From positions 58,838,001-58,902,000 of the forward strand of contig NC_043002.1 in NCBI RefSeq assembly GCF_006345805.1: a stretch of 64,000 nt of DNA, given 5' to 3'. Below the pieces are notes generated by a model. That model did no database searches, was not told the DNA's origin, and saw only the letters and a list, made by a program, of their open reading frames with translations. The position numbers were made by a program, and so were the translations under genes. Of this stretch, positions 37,186-50,768 are shown piece after piece. The stretch's first letter is position 1. Every line of letters starts with the position of its first letter. Origin of the DNA: Octopus sinensis (lineage: Eukaryota).

Positions 37186-37732
37186 GTAATCTGATGTGAA
37201 ATTCAAGTTGCTATGGAGACAGATTAGAATATTTCAGGCATTAAAACTGCCATTAAGTATTGTAGAAGACAGTTACATCTGAAGAATATTTACAGACTAT
37301 GTCAACAATTAATGGTTCAATGGCAGCCAGATGATATTTACACCGACAGACTGATACAATAAGAATGTTACAGTAACTTGTAGTCTTGTCAAAAGGTGTT
37401 TTACAATAGTTTCTATAAAGTCTGTGCAGGGTAGTGGTGGTGACTGGAATTGGTCCCATTTATTGATAGTTTCGGTTTTGTTTTTTTGCATCCAATGCTA
37501 CTGAAGACATATTGCTAACAATAGTTAAAGTAGACACCAGCATGGCTTGTTGATAATAACACTTTTTCTTCAAACTCTTGGATTATTTTAACCCATCTTA
37601 TATTTGATAAGGGGATGCTTTCCCGAAATATAACAGTTTTAGCCATCATATCTAAGGTGATACAATAACTTGGTTTTTATTTATTGGTACTACCTTACAT
37701 ATTTTGCCTAACTTTTCACATGCCTTGCTTAA

Positions 37733-38419
37733 CCTCTTAGAATTTAGACCAGGTATATCAGGCAAAATATTCTACCAGTATTATGTTCAAACTGGCCAGA
37801 TCTGGCCTTTCACACCTACTCTGCAATGTTATTCTAAAAATAAACAATCCCATTTATGATATCTTGAAGGTACGATATAATACATAAATGATTTTTAAAG
37901 ATTTGAATATAAAAGCATTGCATTTGACGGAATAACCTGAATGCTAAAGGGTTATATATCTTCTTAACCCTTTTAATAACACCCCGACTGAAACCAGTTC
38001 TGGCTCTGTAGTACAAATGTCTTGTTTTCATAAGTTTTGAATTAAAATCTTCCACCAAACCTTAGTCAGAATTTATGTTCCTAACACTAGCTTAATGATA
38101 ACTAAGTTATTTTATTAAATTCTTTGTTATATTTAAAATTAATTGAAAGAAAGACAAAGCATCTCAAAATAAATATGGTAATGAAAGATTTAAATACATG
38201 TAACTCTTTAGCATTCAAAAAACTGTCAAATGCAATGCTTTTATATTCAGATTGTTCTGAATCAATCATGCATTCTCTTATAGTTTTGAGGTTTCAATTA
38301 TGCAATTGGTTATTTTTAGAACGTCAATGTAGGTTAGGTGTGAGAGGCTAGACCTGGCCAGTTCGAATGTAAAACATAGAACGTCTGGGCCAGATATGGC
38401 CAGTTTAAATACTAAAGGG
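37733..38419. mobile_element. Cluster of three adjacent piggyBac-like MITEs
   Basis: TTAA|CC(C/T)..AGGG|TTAA-type ends: 37733-37951, 37968-~38188, ~38201-38419; first and third are the same family in opposite orientation. Confidence 0.7.
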
Positions 38420-41006
38420 TTAAGTTAAAAGCAGTTTGAAGGACAATTTTTTTTTAATAACCTTTGGGAATAAAAAATAGTTATATCAATGTCCAGTGTT
38501 GGTTTTAGTTTCTTCAACAGATGTTTTGATAAGAAATCAGTTCCTTTATTTTTAATTAAGTATTATATTTCTATTTCCAACACATACAACATGACATGCA
38601 TATCTTGTTATTTACCTAAATAGAAAAACAATTGCTTAAAACTTCAACTCCTAATATAACAAGAAGCAATACATCTCATAAATCCACAAAACAATACGAT
38701 AACACTATAATCTTCTAACACTATAAACCCCACCTTTCAGCCCAAATTCTCAACCACCACAATCCATCAATGACCATCTATATCGTTGTTTCTCAAAAAG
38801 TTACTTATCATTCACCTATATGCATATTAATGATATACACATGCACTTGAACAAGATCAGCGAATATTTAATTACACACATGCACACACACACACACTTT
38901 ATATGTAATTGTTCACAGGACACAAGGTGGTGAGCTGGCAGAAATGTTAGCATGCGGGTCGAAATGCTTAGCGGTATTTCGTCTGTCTTCATGTTCTGAG
39001 TTCAAATTCCGCCAAGGTTGACTTTGCCTTTTATCCTTTCGAGGTCGATAAATTAAGTACCAGCTGCATGCTGGGGTCGATCTAATCGACTTGCCCCCTC
39101 CCCCAAAATTTCAAGCCTTGTACCTAGAGTAGAAAAGAATCATTCATAACACAAGGTACTTGGTACTGTGTTGATAGGCAATACTGTCAAATCCGGCTCA
39201 CAAGCATGATTCATAGGCCTTAGAACAAGACACATTAATGAATTAACAAAGGAGGAAAGAAGTGATTCACAGCCTAACAAACACAACAACGGGACATGGA
39301 GGAAATGAATCAAACAACAACAACAATTACTACTATCACAACCACTACAGCTGCTGTTGCTACTACTACTACTACAGATGATGATGATGTTGAACAGAGA
39401 TGATGTGGTTTTGCATGCTAAATTTTCATTTTAATCAGGGGCTGTGGTGGGAGACGTGATCATTTTTTGAGACTAAAAGTAAAAGTTTTGTGAGGCTTGT
39501 GCATGTTTGAAGATGCAATAATTTGCTTGAAGTAGTTGAGTAAGAAATCTTTACAGTATTTTTATTGAAGATTTTATGACATTGTGTCTTCAGGGATAGT
39601 GTTCTCACACCCACTCTCCGACCCAACCACACACATACACACGATGGACATTTTTCAGTTTCCATCTACCAAATCTGCTCACAAGGTTTTGGTTGGTGCA
39701 GGGCTATAGAAGACACTTGCCCAAGGTACTATGCTGTGAGACTGAACCTGAAATCACGTGGGAAGCGAGCTTCTTTACACAACCACACCTCTGCCTATAG
39801 TTACATATATATACAGTTAATAATATCCTATGGATATGATGAGGTGGTCCTATAATAATATGCATGTAGTACAGAAACATATGTAGCAATGCATAAATAA
39901 AAATAGAAAAATTTCCATCCGTGATGCATTTCTTGTTATTAACTTATACAGTTATAAATAGTCATGGAAGCACAAATACAACAATATACATTCGTGAACA
40001 TGCAAATACAAATACATCAATAGAAATGCAGAAATATAACATGCACACCAATAAACATATTTAGTCACACTGGTTCAACTGGGGTCTGGGAAGCCAGGAG
40101 GCTGCACCAGACCCCGATCTGATCTGGCAGTGTTTCTACACCTGGATGCCCTACCTAACGCCAACCACTCCAAGAGTGTAGTGGGTGATTTTTACGTGCC
40201 ACTGGCACAGGGGCCAGAGGAGCTGGCATCGACCAGATACATAAATGTATTGTCGAGTATATATAAGTATATACATATCAATCTGCTGGCACCACATAAA
40301 AAGTACCCAGTGTACTCTGTAAAGTGGTGGTTGGCATTAGTAAGGGCATCCAGCTGTAGAAACTACACCAAAGTAGATGATGCAACCTGGTACAGCTCTC
40401 TGGCTTACCAACACAGAAAACAGACATTAAATGATGATGATGATGCTGATGATAACGACAATGATGATGATGATGAATATATGTATATATGTATACATAG
40501 TACCATCATTTCTTTTTGTTCACTTTTCCATATTGGCATGAGTCAGAAGGGAATTTGTTGAGGTAGATTTTCAGATACCCTTCCTGTCACCAACCCTCAC
40601 TTATTTTCAGGTAAGCTGATATTTTCCCATGCTTGGACACATTTACACAGAAGATTGGAAACAAGGAACACTGCTTGCGTAACGACACTCATTTACAATA
40701 ATTATACCAAATCAAAACAAGGAAACACTGCACACACACACACACACACACATACATACATACAACAATAATGGTTTCAAATTTGGGCACGAGGCCAGCA
40801 ATTTGGCAGTGGAGAGGGTTAAGTCCTTTACATCCCAGTACTCAACTGGTACTTAGTACTCAACTGGTATTTATTTTATCAACCCCAAAAAGCTGAACAG
40901 CAAAAATCGACATCGGTGGAATTTGAACTCAGAACATAATGACAGACAAAATGCTGCTAAGCATTCTTTCCCAACATGCTAACTATTGAGCTAGCTCACC
41001 AATACC

Positions 41007-41235
<229 letters not shown>

Positions 41236-42179
41236 ATTCTTTCTAGTATAGGTACAAGCCTGAAATTCTAGGGAGAAAGTATAGTCGATTACATTGAGCC
41301 CCAGCAGTTGTCTGGTACTCAGTTTATCATCGGGAAGGGGCGAATGACATAGTTGACCTCAGAATATGCTTCCAAGCATTTTTCTCCCATGCACTAACAA
41401 TTCTTCCAGCTCACCACCTTAATCACGATGGTGATGATGATGGTACTGTATAATGCAAAAAGAAATAAGAGCATTTCCTTGAATAATTCCTCCCCATACA
41501 TACAAATTTCTGTGATCTATGGACTCAGTAGCACAAAAAAAAAATATAACACACAGGAACACAATTTCCTAATCATTTAAATTTCAAAAAAATATCATAT
41601 TACAGTGAAACAAGCTTCCACCATAGCAACAACACAGAGATCTAAACCCATCTTTTCACTTTAGAAATCAAAAATTTCAATCGATTACTTTCAACCAAGT
41701 TTAATTGCATACAGTGTGTGTGTGTGTGTATGTGGATCGTATGCGTACTTTGTATCTGTGCATATGTGCATGTCAGTAAAAGGAAGCTTCAATAGCTGAT
41801 GTGTGTGTGTGTGGTGCATAATGACGGTTTAAAAGTAAGAGATCAAATGTATTTATTGATTCTGATTTTAAATTACTTCAGATCACAGTGATAACAATGC
41901 TGATCATTGAGCAACTATCAATGTGCGGCTTCTGCAGATTGTGATTTTCTGGTTTTCCAATGAGTAGAATGGCTGTGTGGTTAAGAAGTCTGCTTGGTTC
42001 AGGCATGGTTGTGTAGTTAAAAAGTTTGCTTTCCAACTGTATGGTTTTGGGTTCCATCCCACTGCATTGATCTTGGGCAAGTGTCTTCTATTATAACCGC
42101 AGGCCAACCAAAGGTTTGTGAGTGGATTTGGTAGATAGAAGCTAAAAGAAACATACCGTGTATATATATATATCTATGT

Positions 42180-42238
<59 letters not shown>

Positions 42239-44193
42239 CACAAACGTTGATCAGATAAGAGAAGTGAGAGAATAGGTGTTTATTTTATTAGTCAACAGCT
42301 GTTTTGTAATGTTTGTTACATAATCAATGTTATATCATCTGTCACACATTATCATCATCATCATTATTGTTTAATGTCTGTTTTCCATGCTGGCATGTGT
42401 TGGACGGTTTGACTGGGGACTGGCAAGCCAGGAGGCCTCACCAGGCTTCAATCTGATCCAGCAATGTTTCTACAGCTTGATGCCCTTCCTAACACCAACC
42501 ACTCCAAGAGTGTAATGGGTGCTTTTTACGTGCTGCCGGCACAGGAGTCAGTCAGGTGGCACTGGCATCAGCCATGTTCGGATGGTGCTTTTTACATGCT
42601 ACTGGCACAGGAGCCAGTCAAGGCGGGAGTGGGGTTGCATTCAGGTGGCACGCTCATTTTGCAACTACTATACAATGTCGAGACAAAGACACACACATGA
42701 TGGTCTTCTTTCAGCTTCCATCTAAAAATCCATTCACAAGCCTTTGGTTGACCAGAAGTAATAGTAGAAGATACTTGCCCAAAAAGTCACACAATGGGTC
42801 AAACTCAAAACCATGTGATTTGGAAGCACACTTCCAAATCACACAGCCGCACACACACAATGCAGGTGGAGCTGAATGGCTAGGTTTGATTTGTAGCCAT
42901 GCAGTTTTGGATTTGGTTTGACTGCATGGCATTTTGTGTCTTTACCAGAGAATTTGGTTAACCAAAGCCTTGTTAGTGAAACTGGATTGATGGGAACTGC
43001 AGAAGTTCACCAGATGGACTATAATTCACTATAATTCAAAGTCCATCCTACATGAAAATAATTTTAAGAGTACACATGTCTGCTTGCAAAATCATGGAGT
43101 TGGAAGCTCAGTTAGTCAAACAATTTGATGCTCATGTGACAAATTCACTGAGGTAGACCACTGTATGGACCAAGACAGTCCACATGAACATCAATGGAAA
43201 AGGACAACAGAAATGTTATAACAGAATCCATAATGATGAACAACCAAGATCATGAAAAATTAGACTGTGATCAAACAAACCTTTCATAGAAACCTTAACT
43301 AAGAAAAAAATATAATAATAATACAAATAAACTTACACTTTGTTTTCAAATATATAAACTATTAAAAATTTATCATAACTCCCCAAAAGCAGGTGTGTTC
43401 AGCACATCATGATACATTGTGCAAGTCTGGGTTTGAGGAATGAGTCACTGATTATGTTACAAAAAGCTGAATGGTATTACTGCTTGTTTATGATATAATA
43501 CATATCTGGTATTCATTCATCCTGGATTAGCCAATGTACACTCATCTCAGTAACTGTGAAGCTTACTCATCATCATTGTTTTAATGTCCACATTTCCATG
43601 CTTGTATGGGTCAGACAGAGATCATCATCATTATCATTTAACATCCATTTTACATGCTGGCATGGGTTGAACAATTTAACAGGGGTTAGCATGGCCAAGA
43701 GCAGTAGCAGGCACCAGTGTCGGCATTGGCATGGTTCCCACACCTCAATGCCCTACCTTATGACAACCACTTTACAGAGGTGCTTTTTATGTGGCACCAG
43801 CAGTGACTGGGTCACCAAATTTTCTACAGTTGGATGCCTTTCCAGGTGTCAAACCTCATGTGCTTCGAAGCAAGGTAAAAATAATCACATGCTCTTTCAA
43901 ACAATGAACAGCCCAGAAATAATTACATGGCGAATTGGAAATAAATTACTCTACTTTATAACAAGCCTTTGTTGTTAACTTAAAACTGTATTCAGTTCCA
44001 ACTAGTCTCAGCTTATCAGATATTATAAAAGTTGAATAATTAATTCTAATTTAATTACCATCACCATTAGACAATATGTGTGTGTATATACATGCATACA
44101 TATATATATATATATATATATATAAAATAATTTTTTGCATAATGAGATAAAAACCAAGGCTGTGTAGATATGTGACAATTATTCAGTTGCCAT

Positions 44194-44254
44194 AGTAAGA
44201 CTCCAAGTTTTGGATGTCGGAGAGGAAAACTGCTCCGGCATCTCGTCAGTTATC
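44194..44254 (-). ncRNA. Degenerate type I hammerhead motif
   Basis: GATAA-CTGACGA-GATGCCGGAG(loop)CTCCGACATC-CAAAA-CTtggAG-TC-TTACT; 9/10-bp stem II and GUC triplet, but GAAA is mutated. Confidence 0.45.
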
Positions 44255-45229
44255 GAGGCAGGCAACAGAATAATTGTATAATTGTCGCATTTCATATTAC
44301 AGATAAATTCCTTTATTTACATAATATCGAGGTCTCGTTCATTCTTTTGTTGTCTTACCATTACTATTAATACACACACACACACACACATATACATGTT
44401 CATGTATATATATATCTATATATAAATCATCATTAGGTATGCTGGGTAAATGCTATAGTAGGTCAAACATTAGGTTCCAAGATCACAACAAAGGGCAGGA
44501 TCTAGGGATCCGTGTTAGGGTTCCGTTATAGCATGTATATATTATATTAGAGGAAAAATCAAAACAAGTATCTCAGGTCATTTAGAATAATTTAATTAGA
44601 GTAAGACTTCAAATTACCCGAATTAATTATTCTAAATGACTTGAGATACTCATTCTGCCTTGGTTTTGAATTTAATTTTCCTCTAATACAATATATATAT
44701 ATATACCATTTGTAGAAAACATAAATCTGAAAGAAGAAGCACCCTCTCAGATGTAGAGCAGTATATATTAAAAATGGGGAAGGCCAGTTTATGGGATTAC
44801 CTTAGGTTTCCCTTCCAAATATAGTGAAGGCACATGACTTAGTGGTGAAGGTATTTGGCTCACGATCACAAGGTCATCTGTTCAATTCCTGGTGACGCAT
44901 TGTGTCCTTGAGCAAGACACTTTATTTCATGTTGCTCCAGTCCACTCAATTGGCAAAAATGAGTTATACCTGTAATTCAAGGGGCCAGCCTTGTCACATT
45001 ATGTGTCACGCTGAATCTCCCTGGGAACTACATTAAGGATACACATGTCTGTGGAGTGTTCAGCCACTTGCACATTAATTTCATGAGCAGGCTGTTCCCT
45101 TGATCAGATCAACTGGAACCTTCGCTGTTGCTCCCAACAGAGTGCCAGTATATGTATATATACACATACATACATATATGTATATACACATACATACATA
45201 TATGTATATACAGATACATACATATCTAA

Positions 45230-45822
45230 GATGTGATGAAGCATGACCTTTCAACGTTGGGTCTCACAGAGGCAATGACAAGCGACTGAGACCTTTGAGG
45301 ATAAGACCTGTTGAGTCAAGTGAAATCATAGCCATAGCCGATGTCAGTACCGCCTGACTGGCACCCATGCCAGTGGCACGTAAAAATCACCATTCTGGTG
45401 TCACATAAAAAGCACCATATGAGCACGGTGAATGCCAATGCCGCTTGATTGGTCTCATGCTGGTGGCACATAATAAGCACCATTCGAATGTGGTAGTTGC
45501 CAGTGCTGCCTCACTGGCTCCTGTGCCAGTGGCACATAAAAAGCACCATTTGAGCAAGGTCATTGCCAGTGCCGCCTGACTGGCCCCTGTGCTGGTGGCA
45601 TATAAAAAGTACCATTCAAGTGTGGTCGATGCCAGTGCCACCTGACTGGCACATAAAAAGCACCCACTACACTCTTGCAGTGGTTGTTGTTAGGAAGAGC
45701 ATCCAGCAGTAGAAACCTTGCCAGATCAGATTGGAGCCTGGTGCAGCCTCCTGGCTTGCTCATCCTCAATCAAACTATCCAACCCATGCAAGTATGGAAA
45801 GCAGATGTATGATGATGATGAT
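45230..45822 (+). mobile_element. RTE-LINE 3' end with expanded ~65-bp internal repeats
   Basis: DVMKHDLSTLGLTEAMTSD matches the 30018 element's C-terminus (VRKDLWTLGLIEEITRD); about six AAAAAGCACC-containing units; (GAT)n tail. Confidence 0.75.
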
Positions 45823-45905
45823 ATGTATGTATATACATGTATATATGCATGTATGTGTGTATATACATAGATATATATATGTGTGTGTATACATATATAA
45901 ATGTG

Positions 45906-45969
<64 letters not shown>

Positions 45970-46811
45970 GTACATACATACATAAATGTGCATGCATACA
46001 TACATACATATATATATATATATATGTATATACATATATACATACATACATATACATGCGTTTTACATTAAAAAAAAAGGAAGGACACATTGGATAATGT
46101 ACTTTTAATGCTTGATAAATGTCTGCGAAAAAAAATAATAATAAAAGACAGGATGGTCATGGATGGAATATTTTTGATCATACATCTGTTCAACAAGGAC
46201 TGACACTTGGGGTTAAATGTCAACAACAACAGTTGTCAATCATTATAATGCCTTAATAAAGAATGCAAAACAAAAAAAAAAACAAAAGCAAAGAATACCC
46301 TAACAAGATGAAAACAGTTATAACCCCGAGTTACATGTCTGTCATTGGATGATAGAAAAATGAATAGAAACAAGATAGATGAGAAAGGAAATTTTTTTCA
46401 GTTGTTTTCTTTTTAATAAATTAATTACCAAACAAAAGGTTTTTACTGAAGCGTCAGAAGTCAGACAGAGGAAATAAAATTATTACAAATCACAAAAATA
46501 GGTTTTTGGTAACGAGTAGGGAGGGTAGATAGTGGGGGGGAGGGATATTGGAAACCATTGTGTTTTTATGAATAAAAGCATAACAATAGGCTTTTACACA
46601 AGATTTGTAATGCTTTCGAAAAAAAAATTAAAAAAGTAATTTAGTTAAGGAAGCTGACAGTGTGTATGCGGGGGAGGGAGAGAGAGAGAGAGATAAAGAG
46701 TATGTGTGTGTGTAGAGGAGAAAGATAGAGTATGGGGGTGAGGAGGAAGAGGAGTAGAGAGTCACAGAACAGGTTTCAAATGAAATGTGGAGAGAGGGGA
46801 AATTGAATTAC

Positions 46812-46911
46812 CATATATCAAAAGACCATTCCAATAATTCTATAGCGGTGTTGTTAGAGAACTCCACATTCTGCGTACTGAATTTGAAGAGAATTCTACC
46901 AATAAAGCTGA
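46812..46911 (-). other. Candidate 100-nt exon (SFIGRILFKFSTQNVEFSNNTAIELLEWSFDI)
   Basis: Acceptor TTTTCTATTTCTTTGGCAACAG, donor ATG|GTAATT, a single open frame. Confidence 0.35.
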
Positions 46912-47787
46912 CTGTTGCCAAAGAAATAGAAAACTCTGTTACAACACCAGATAGTTTACATTTATTCCTGAATTAAATTCATCATCTTTAACTTCATCAA
47001 TTACCACAATAAAACAGTGTGTGCGTGTGTGTGTGTGTGACATTATTCAGTTTTATTTCAAGATTTCTTGCCAATAGAGAAAGAGCCAGTTTCTGACCTA
47101 GATCCAAGCTCCTTCATTGGAATTTCAACATCAGCAACAGGGTATTTTTGTATGCATCATCATCATCATTGTTTAACGTCTGTTTTCCATGCTGGCATGG
47201 GTTGGACGGTTAGACTGGGGTCTGGGAAGTCAGGAGGCTGCACCAGGCTCCAGTCTGATCTGGCAGTGTTTCTACAGCTGGATGCCCTTCCTAACACCAA
47301 CCACTCCGAGAGTGTAGTGGTTGCTTTTTACATGCCACTGGCACAGGGGCCAGAGGAGGCAGGTAACGACCACAATCAGTTGGTGCTTTTTACAAGCCAC
47401 CAGCACGGAAGCCAGTCAAGAGGGCACTAATTCACTCTCATTGCATAGCACCTTGGGCAAGTATCTTCTACTATATAGGCTAGGGCTATACAAAGCCTTT
47501 TGAGTGGATTTTGTAGATAGAAACTGAAAAAAGCCAATCGCATGTATATACATATATGTATGTATGTTTGTATGTATGCATGTGTGTGCGAGTGTGTGTG
47601 TGTGTGTGACTGTGTGTACATATGTATGTGTATGACAAGAAGTTTGCTTCTGAACCACATGGTTTCAAATTCACTCTCACTGCATGGCACTTTGGGCAAG
47701 TGTCTTCTACTATATAGTCTAGGGCTATACAAAGCCTTTTGAGAGGATTTGGTAGACAGAAACTGAAAAAAGCCAATCGCATGTATA

Positions 47788-47865
<78 letters not shown>

Positions 47866-47868
<3 letters not shown>

Positions 47869-48158
47869 TTGCGGCTAAAATGTTCAGAACGGCATTGTTT
47901 TCGTCAGAAAAGTAGGTATAATTTTTTATCAAATTTGTTTTATATTCTATAATTTTCACAGACAATAAATACGATATTATTTGTTATTGACTGAGATTTT
48001 GGTGTAATTTGAGAGGATAATACAAAAGTTATGGATGATTTAGTGATTTACTGCAAAACCCATGGCGGCCAAAATGATCAGAACGGTTGAAAAAATAAAA
48101 AATTGTACCTACTTTTCTGAGGAAAACAATGCTGTTCTGAACATTTTGGCCGCAACTG
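47866..48158. mobile_element. Tc1/mariner-type MITE
   Basis: ~65-bp TIRs starting CAGTTGCGGC(T/C)AAAATGTTCAGAAC; TA on both sides. Confidence 0.85.
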
Positions 48159-48289
48159 TAAATATATGCATATATACATACATATATGTACATACCTACA
48201 TATATATGTATATATATATATATGAATTTTTGCATAATGAGATAAAAAAAACAAGGCTGTATAGATATTAGAGCATTTATAGATAGAAG

Positions 48290-48341
48290 GTCTTACAGCT
48301 GTTTCTAGATTATTAATTAATAATATCCCTTCATCGGAGAC
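48290..48341 (-). ncRNA. Degenerate minimal hammerhead motif
   Basis: GTCT-CCGATGA-(AT-rich hairpin)-GAAA-CAGCTG-TA-AGAC: perfect 4-bp stem I, palindromic ACAGCUGU, GUA triplet; U4 mutated to C and stem II base disrupted. Confidence 0.45.
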
Positions 48342-48401
48342 AGTGTGAGATGAAAGATTAAGTCATAGTTAGTTTCGATGTGATACAAATATATATGTAT
48401 A

Positions 48402-48677
48402 CATATATGGATACAGGACATCAAAAAAAAGTAGAAATAATGAGAAACGGAAACATAAAAACAAAAACATAGAAAACGAACATTTTTTCAAACAAAGAAA
48501 AAACAGAGAAATGAGACAAGCAACATAAAGAATATTCCCCTTCATCAGTTGTCCCCTGTTTCATCTACTCCATGTTTCATGTTCTTTATGTTGCCTGTCT
48601 CGTTTCTATGTTTTGTGTTTTTATGTTTTCGTTTCTGACTGTGTCTATGTTTTTTTGATGTCCTGTACCCATATATG
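48402..48677. repeat. Imperfect fold-back element between TA runs
   Basis: ATATATGGATACAGGACATCAAAAAAA...GAGACAAGCAACATAAAGAA versus its reverse complement from 48579 onward. Confidence 0.7.
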
Positions 48678-48762
48678 CATATATATATATATATATATTA
48701 TATATTATATTGTTATATGATTGAACGCCACACATCCTTTTCCAAGTAAGTTTTATATATAT

Positions 48763-48793
<31 letters not shown>

Positions 48794-50724
48794 GCAGGTG
48801 GCACGTAAAAAGCACCCACTACACTCACGGAGTGGTTGGCGTTAGGAAGGGCATCCAGCTGTAGAAACATTGCCAGATTAGACTGGAGCCTGGTGCAGCC
48901 TTCTGGCTTCCCAGAACCCCGGTCGAACCGTCCAACCCATGCTAGCATGGAGAACGGACGTTAAACGATGATGATGATGATGATATATATATATATATAT
49001 ATATATGGAACAAAAATGCAATAGAGGGCATTAAAACATTCAGACAGATAGACGATACAAAGGCAGACAAGAGAAACAACAATTAGAAGGACAGGCAAAA
49101 AAAGACAGGTCATTCTTGGCTTTCTTTCATCAGTCAAGTCCCAGGAGTCATGACCATTTTGGGCAGTTACACTTGAGATGGTTTGATCTGGTTACTCCCA
49201 AAAGAATCTAAGCTAAGAGCATTAGACCCCTTTGTAAGAAAGCTAGCGAATTGTACAGCAGCAAAGATGAAAAAAAGAAACAAAAAAACAGAGAACATGG
49301 TACACAATTATGAATACTATATATATAGTGTGTGTGTCCCACCACTTCTAGACAACCAGTGTTAGCATGTTTACATCCTTGTAGCTTAGCAGTTTGCCAA
49401 AAGAGACTGATAAAATAAGTACCAGGCTTTAAAAAAAAAACAAGTACTGGGGTCAACTCATTAGACTAAAATTCTTCAAGGTGGTACAGTCTGATGCCTA
49501 AAATAAGTTGAAAAAAAAACAAAAAGAAAAAGTATAGTTCTGCAATATAAGCAGAGCAAGCTTAAATCTTATTAAACCAATAGTCATGACTTATTGAGAT
49601 TGATAACTTGTTTATCAGACGCTTATCTATATTTCTAGTGTGGTGTATTTGGTGTATATATGTGAGTGTTCAATTCAATAGATGTTCTAGGTGGGTATAT
49701 GTGGGTGTTCAATTCAATAGATGTGAGCAATGCTCCAATGTAGGACGGATTTGCATTTGAAAAGTGACAGCTAATTGTCCTCAAATGAAATATCTTTTGG
49801 ATTCAGTAATGATACTTAAACTTCCCATTATGTATGTATGTTTGTATATGTGTGTGTGAGAGTGCGCATATGTTTGTACATGTTTGTACGTATATGTATG
49901 TACATGTATGTATAAATGCATGCATCGGTAATTGTCTACCAAACCTTTGATGACACAGCATACAGTGCTAATATATCAATTAGTTAATGTTTGCCAGCTC
50001 AGTTAAATGCCTGGTGGCCTGATGAGAACAACCATTTTAAAGGGATGGAATGATTTATGATGGTGTTATTGATGCGTTTGGTAAAACAAATCTACATCCA
50101 CCAACTTTAGGTGTGTCAGACTCTTTGTACATATTTCTTTTGAGTTTTCAATTAATGTAAACAGGAAAACAGCAATCAGAAATGACAGACAGAAGCTAAG
50201 TGGTGTAATGGTTCACCAGTGGTTATCATAGGTCACAATAAAATATATTTCAATTGACATTGTATTCAAATACAGCGGAAAGTAGAATAGAGACATATGG
50301 AGAATTGCTACCAACAGTTCACCTCTACTTCGATGAAAAAGGTTTTCTACATTTGAGAGAAAGGAAGCTGCTGCTGTTTAATCCACCTCAGCCCTGATCA
50401 AAGACATTCTCATCCTGACCATTCCATCTTTTTAGGTATGGTCTTACTCCAACTATATTATCTAATTTACTCTTTTATTAAAAGGAAAAAATAACTCAGG
50501 TTAAATATCTGTTACTAGTGATAAGTGTAGGTGAAGAATTCACGTTTAAAAAAACTTGGCAGGTGCAAGCATAGTTGTGTGGTAAGAAGCTTGCTTCCCA
50601 ACCACATGGTTCTGGGTTCAGTCCCACTCCAGGGCATCTTGGGCAAGTGTCTTCTACTATAGCCTTGGGCTGACCAAAGCCTTGTGAGTGGATTTGACAG
50701 ACAGAAACTGAAAGAAGCCTGTCA

Positions 50725-50768
<44 letters not shown>

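Noticed and set aside
37186-37500. Partly open frames on both strands (GIKTAIKYCRRQL...; WDQFQSPPLPCTDFIETIVKHLL...)
   Set aside because: Vague pogo-transposase resemblance on plus and weak splice sites on minus; neither can be supported without a search.
48535-48580. CTGATGA on the minus strand (also 49127-49133, and plus strand 50028 and 50847)
   Set aside because: No GAAA placed to close a stem II in type I, II or III topology.
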